Source: an uncultured Aquiluna sp.
Lineage (GTDB): Bacteria > Actinomycetota > Actinomycetes > Actinomycetales > Microbacteriaceae
DNA length: 64,000 nt
Direction of reading: 5' to 3'
NCBI GenBank assembly: GCA_964567905.1
Contig: CAZMOF010000001.1
Coordinates: 7,868 to 71,867, forward strand
Shown here: piece after piece, positions 61,541-64,000 of the stretch
Layout: each line of letters begins with the position of its first letter
Position numbering within the stretch: the stretch's first letter is position 1
Program-made: the position numbers and the translations under genes
Notes under the pieces: model-generated
What the model saw: only the letters and a program-made list of their open reading frames with translations
What the model was told of the DNA's origin: nothing
The model's database searches: none

Positions 61541-64000
61541 ATGCGAAAAGCTCTTTCCGCACTAGCTGCGGCGACACTGATTGCAACTGGGTTTACAGCG
61601 GTTCAAAATTCTCCAGCTGAGGCAGCCCCGCCGGGAAGTGCCTTTGACCCAGGACTAATAATTAGCGACAGCGTCTTTTTTGATTTTGGTTCAATGACCG
61701 TTCAGCAGATTCAGGACTTTCTCAATTCGAGAGTTGAAAACTGTCGGGCTGATGACCCTGCAATTGATTGCCTGAAAAACGTTCGAGTCAACATCCCAGA
61801 AACGCCGGCCACTGCACCGGGCGAGGTAGGTCCCTGCAAAGCTATCGCTGCTAAGCAGGGCGCATCTGCTGCCGAGGTAATCCACGCTATTTCTAATGCC
61901 TGTGGCATTAACCCGAGAGTGTTGATTGTCACGCTGCAAAAAGAGCAGGGTCTGGTTACATCCACCAAGCCAACCTCTTATATGTATCGTGCGGCGATGG
62001 GATTTGGTTGCCCTGACTCCGATCCTGGTATTTGCGGGAAGGTTTTCGTAGGGCTTTTCAATCAGCTCTATAGAGCTGCCAAGCAGTTCCGTTGGTATGG
62101 AAACCCAGAAGGCTCATTTACCTATTGGAAACCTGGTCGAGTAATCAGCATGCGCTTTCACCCAAGAGCAGCTTGCGGAAGTAAAAGCTTTGAACTGAAA
62201 AACCAGGCGACAGCAAACCTCTACTACTACACCCCCTACACGCCTAATGAGGCGGCGCTGAGAAACCTTTACGGCACTGGAGACAGCTGCTCAGCGTATG
62301 GAAATAGAAATTTCTGGCGCTTCTACCATGACTGGTTCGGATCCCCAATTGGGGGTGGTTACCTTCTAAAGAGTGCAACCAGTGGCAACTATTTGATTGT
62401 AAACAACGTTCGCTACCTCGTTAGCGATCCAAAACTACTTGAATCGCTGCGACCCCTTGGTCCTCTTGGAGAGATATCACAGGCATACCTGGATAGCTTC
62501 CAAGATGCAGGGGTGATGAGCCCGATGGTGATTGATTCCACGACCAATGTCAGATACCTACTCGTTGATTCAATTAGGTATGAGGTGACTGACTGCCAAG
62601 TAGCTGCGCACTATGGCTATGACTGCAACCTAGCCATTCCACTGACTAGCCTGCAGCTGAATAACTTCATTAATGGCGGTGTCCTCACCAGGCTCGCAGA
62701 GTCTGCTTCGGGCGCTCGATACTGGATTGAAAACCAGACCTACCGCGTCGTGGTTGACCAGCTTGCTCTGACAACTGTCGGGGGACAGACGACTGCGCCG
62801 GTGAAACTAAATGTCGAGCTTGTTCCCACTTTGACCTCAGGCTCGGCTCTAGCATCCGAGCTAGCCCTTTTCTCGCTCAAGGGATCGAATGATGTTTTAG
62901 TGGCGAGCGGAGGCCAGACATTTAGGTTCACAGCCTCCTTGGCAAGTAGCACCAACCTTCAGCGATGGTTCAGTTCAACTAGTGCCACTGTGGAGCTTTC
63001 CTCGATTCAGGGTTCGCTAAATCCACAGAGCATCAGAGGTTTTGTCTCTTCTCCAGTTGGTTCGGCTTTCGTGCTGACTGGAGATGGAAAAGTGCCAGTT
63101 TCAGATCCGCAGGATTGGACCTCGCAGATAGTGCAGGTTCCAGATGCACTTTTGGCAGCAATTCCAACGGCGAATGCTCAACTTTCCACACCGGTGGTGG
63201 TGAGCTCGCAGGGAAACAACCTGTCGTATTTCATAGACGGTTCAAGTAGGAGAACTTCATCCCAGAGGGACATGACAGAAAGGTTCCTTGAACTTCTGAA
63301 TCAGCCGCGCGTGATGATGCTTCCGCAGGCGGCAATAAACGCTGTCTCCAGCTCGGGCGTTGCTCTATCGCCAGGTTCGATCATCAAGCAGGGTAGTAAC
63401 TTCTTTATGGTCGATGGGATCTCTTCACTGATTCGGCTTGAGTCTCAGGCTCATGCGACCAGTGTCTCAAAGTCCAAAGTATTCACCTACAACCAAAGCG
63501 ATTTAGCGGGCTTCCAGATCCGGACCCGACTGAATTCACTAAAGGTGCAGTGCGCTGGTGGCACCTACTTACTGGATAAGGGCACGCTATATCCGATTGC
63601 GCAAAATGCCGCCAGTGAATACCCAGGTAATCCCTACCCCTTGGCCACTAGCACCTGCAGTGCACTCGAGCTTTCCCCACGTCCTGCCGGCCAATTCATC
63701 AGAGATAACTCCGGTCTTTTGTTCTTGATCCAAGATGGTAAGAAGATGCGAATTTCATCTTGGGCTCATCTTGCAAAGCTGCGCGGTGATTCGCCAGCTC
63801 ACATCGAAGTGACTGGATACTTTGCCAGCAAGATTCCTTCGGGGGAGCGAGCTCCGCAGACCGTCACGCTTTCAACAGGTGGAGCTATTCCAAATGGTGA
63901 ATTTGGTGAGCTGACGTTTGGTGGAACGCTACCTACAAGTCCAACTCCCACACCAAAACCAACGCCTACGCCCACACCAACACAAACACCTACTCCAACA
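61541..64000 (+). CDS. Large secreted protein (>820 aa, truncated by window end): Cys-rich 'hemagglutinin-related'/lysozyme-like N-domain, about 9-10 degenerate ~55-aa repeats, PT linker
   Basis: Missing from the ORF track because no stop lies in the window; reads MRKALSALAAATLIATGFTAVQNSPAEA-APPGSAFDPGLIISDSVFFD...INPRVLIVTLQKEQGL...YYYTPYTPN...YGNRNFWRFYHDWFGS; frame still in phase with PTPTPKPTPTPT at the end. Confidence 0.85.
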   Translation, partial: MRKALSALAAATLIATGFTAVQNSPAEAAPPGSAFDPGLIISDSVFFDFGSMTVQQIQDFLNSRVENCRADDPAIDCLKNVRVNIPETPATAPGEVGPCKAIAAKQGASAAEVIHAISNACGINPRVLIVTLQKEQGLVTSTKPTSYMYRAAMGFGCPDSDPGICGKVFVGLFNQLYRAAKQFRWYGNPEGSFTYWKPGRVISMRFHPRAACGSKSFELKNQATANLYYYTPYTPNEAALRNLYGTGDSCSAYGNRNFWRFYHDWFGSPIGGGYLLKSATSGNYLIVNNVRYLVSDPKLLESLRPLGPLGEISQAYLDSFQDAGVMSPMVIDSTTNVRYLLVDSIRYEVTDCQVAAHYGYDCNLAIPLTSLQLNNFINGGVLTRLAESASGARYWIENQTYRVVVDQLALTTVGGQTTAPVKLNVELVPTLTSGSALASELALFSLKGSNDVLVASGGQTFRFTASLASSTNLQRWFSSTSATVELSSIQGSLNPQSIRGFVSSPVGSAFVLTGDGKVPVSDPQDWTSQIVQVPDALLAAIPTANAQLSTPVVVSSQGNNLSYFIDGSSRRTSSQRDMTERFLELLNQPRVMMLPQAAINAVSSSGVALSPGSIIKQGSNFFMVDGISSLIRLESQAHATSVSKSKVFTYNQSDLAGFQIRTRLNSLKVQCAGGTYLLDKGTLYPIAQNAASEYPGNPYPLATSTCSALELSPRPAGQFIRDNSGLLFLIQDGKKMRISSWAHLAKLRGDSPAHIEVTGYFASKIPSGERAPQTVTLSTGGAIPNGEFGELTFGGTLPTSPTPTPKPTPTPTPTQTPTPT
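63941..64000 (+). repeat. Coding (Pro-Thr)n low-complexity repeat
   Basis: ccaactcccacaccaaaaccaacgcctacgcccacaccaacacaaacacctactccaaca = PTPTPKPTPTPTPTQTPTPT. Confidence 0.85.

Overview
A compact, almost fully coding 64-kb stretch of an actinobacterial chromosome, about 50% GC by eye. Gene order (sucCD-perM-purNH, accA-maf-accE-accD-birA-purKE, add-pmm-punA-lpdA) and very short spacers suggest a streamlined freshwater Microbacteriaceae genome of the Aquiluna/Rhodoluna type; this is an inference. It holds about 60 CDSs: TCA genes (sucCD, icd, sdhCDAB), purine and one-carbon genes (purN, purH, purU, glyA, folD, purK, purE), a riboflavin operon behind an FMN riboswitch, a BMP nucleoside uptake/salvage operon, acyl-CoA carboxylase genes, kynA-kynU, several ABC transporters, an orphan DNA adenine methyltransferase and three large surface proteins. 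One of these (61541 to the window end) is missing from the ORF track. I found no rRNA, tRNA, CRISPR array or mobile element. The best lead is non-coding: a ~90-nt candidate sRNA at 56523-56610 (minus strand, just downstream of accE), built as hairpin + unpaired GGGGGAUGGG + terminator, with its own -10 box. Its promoter shares an upstream TTG-type box, at almost the same distance, with the promoters of accA and accD, which suggests an unannotated transcription-factor/sRNA circuit around acyl-CoA carboxylase. Leaderless promoters are also common, and in four cases the upstream gene's stop codon doubles as the start of the -10 box. All calls come from reading the sequence; no database search was run.
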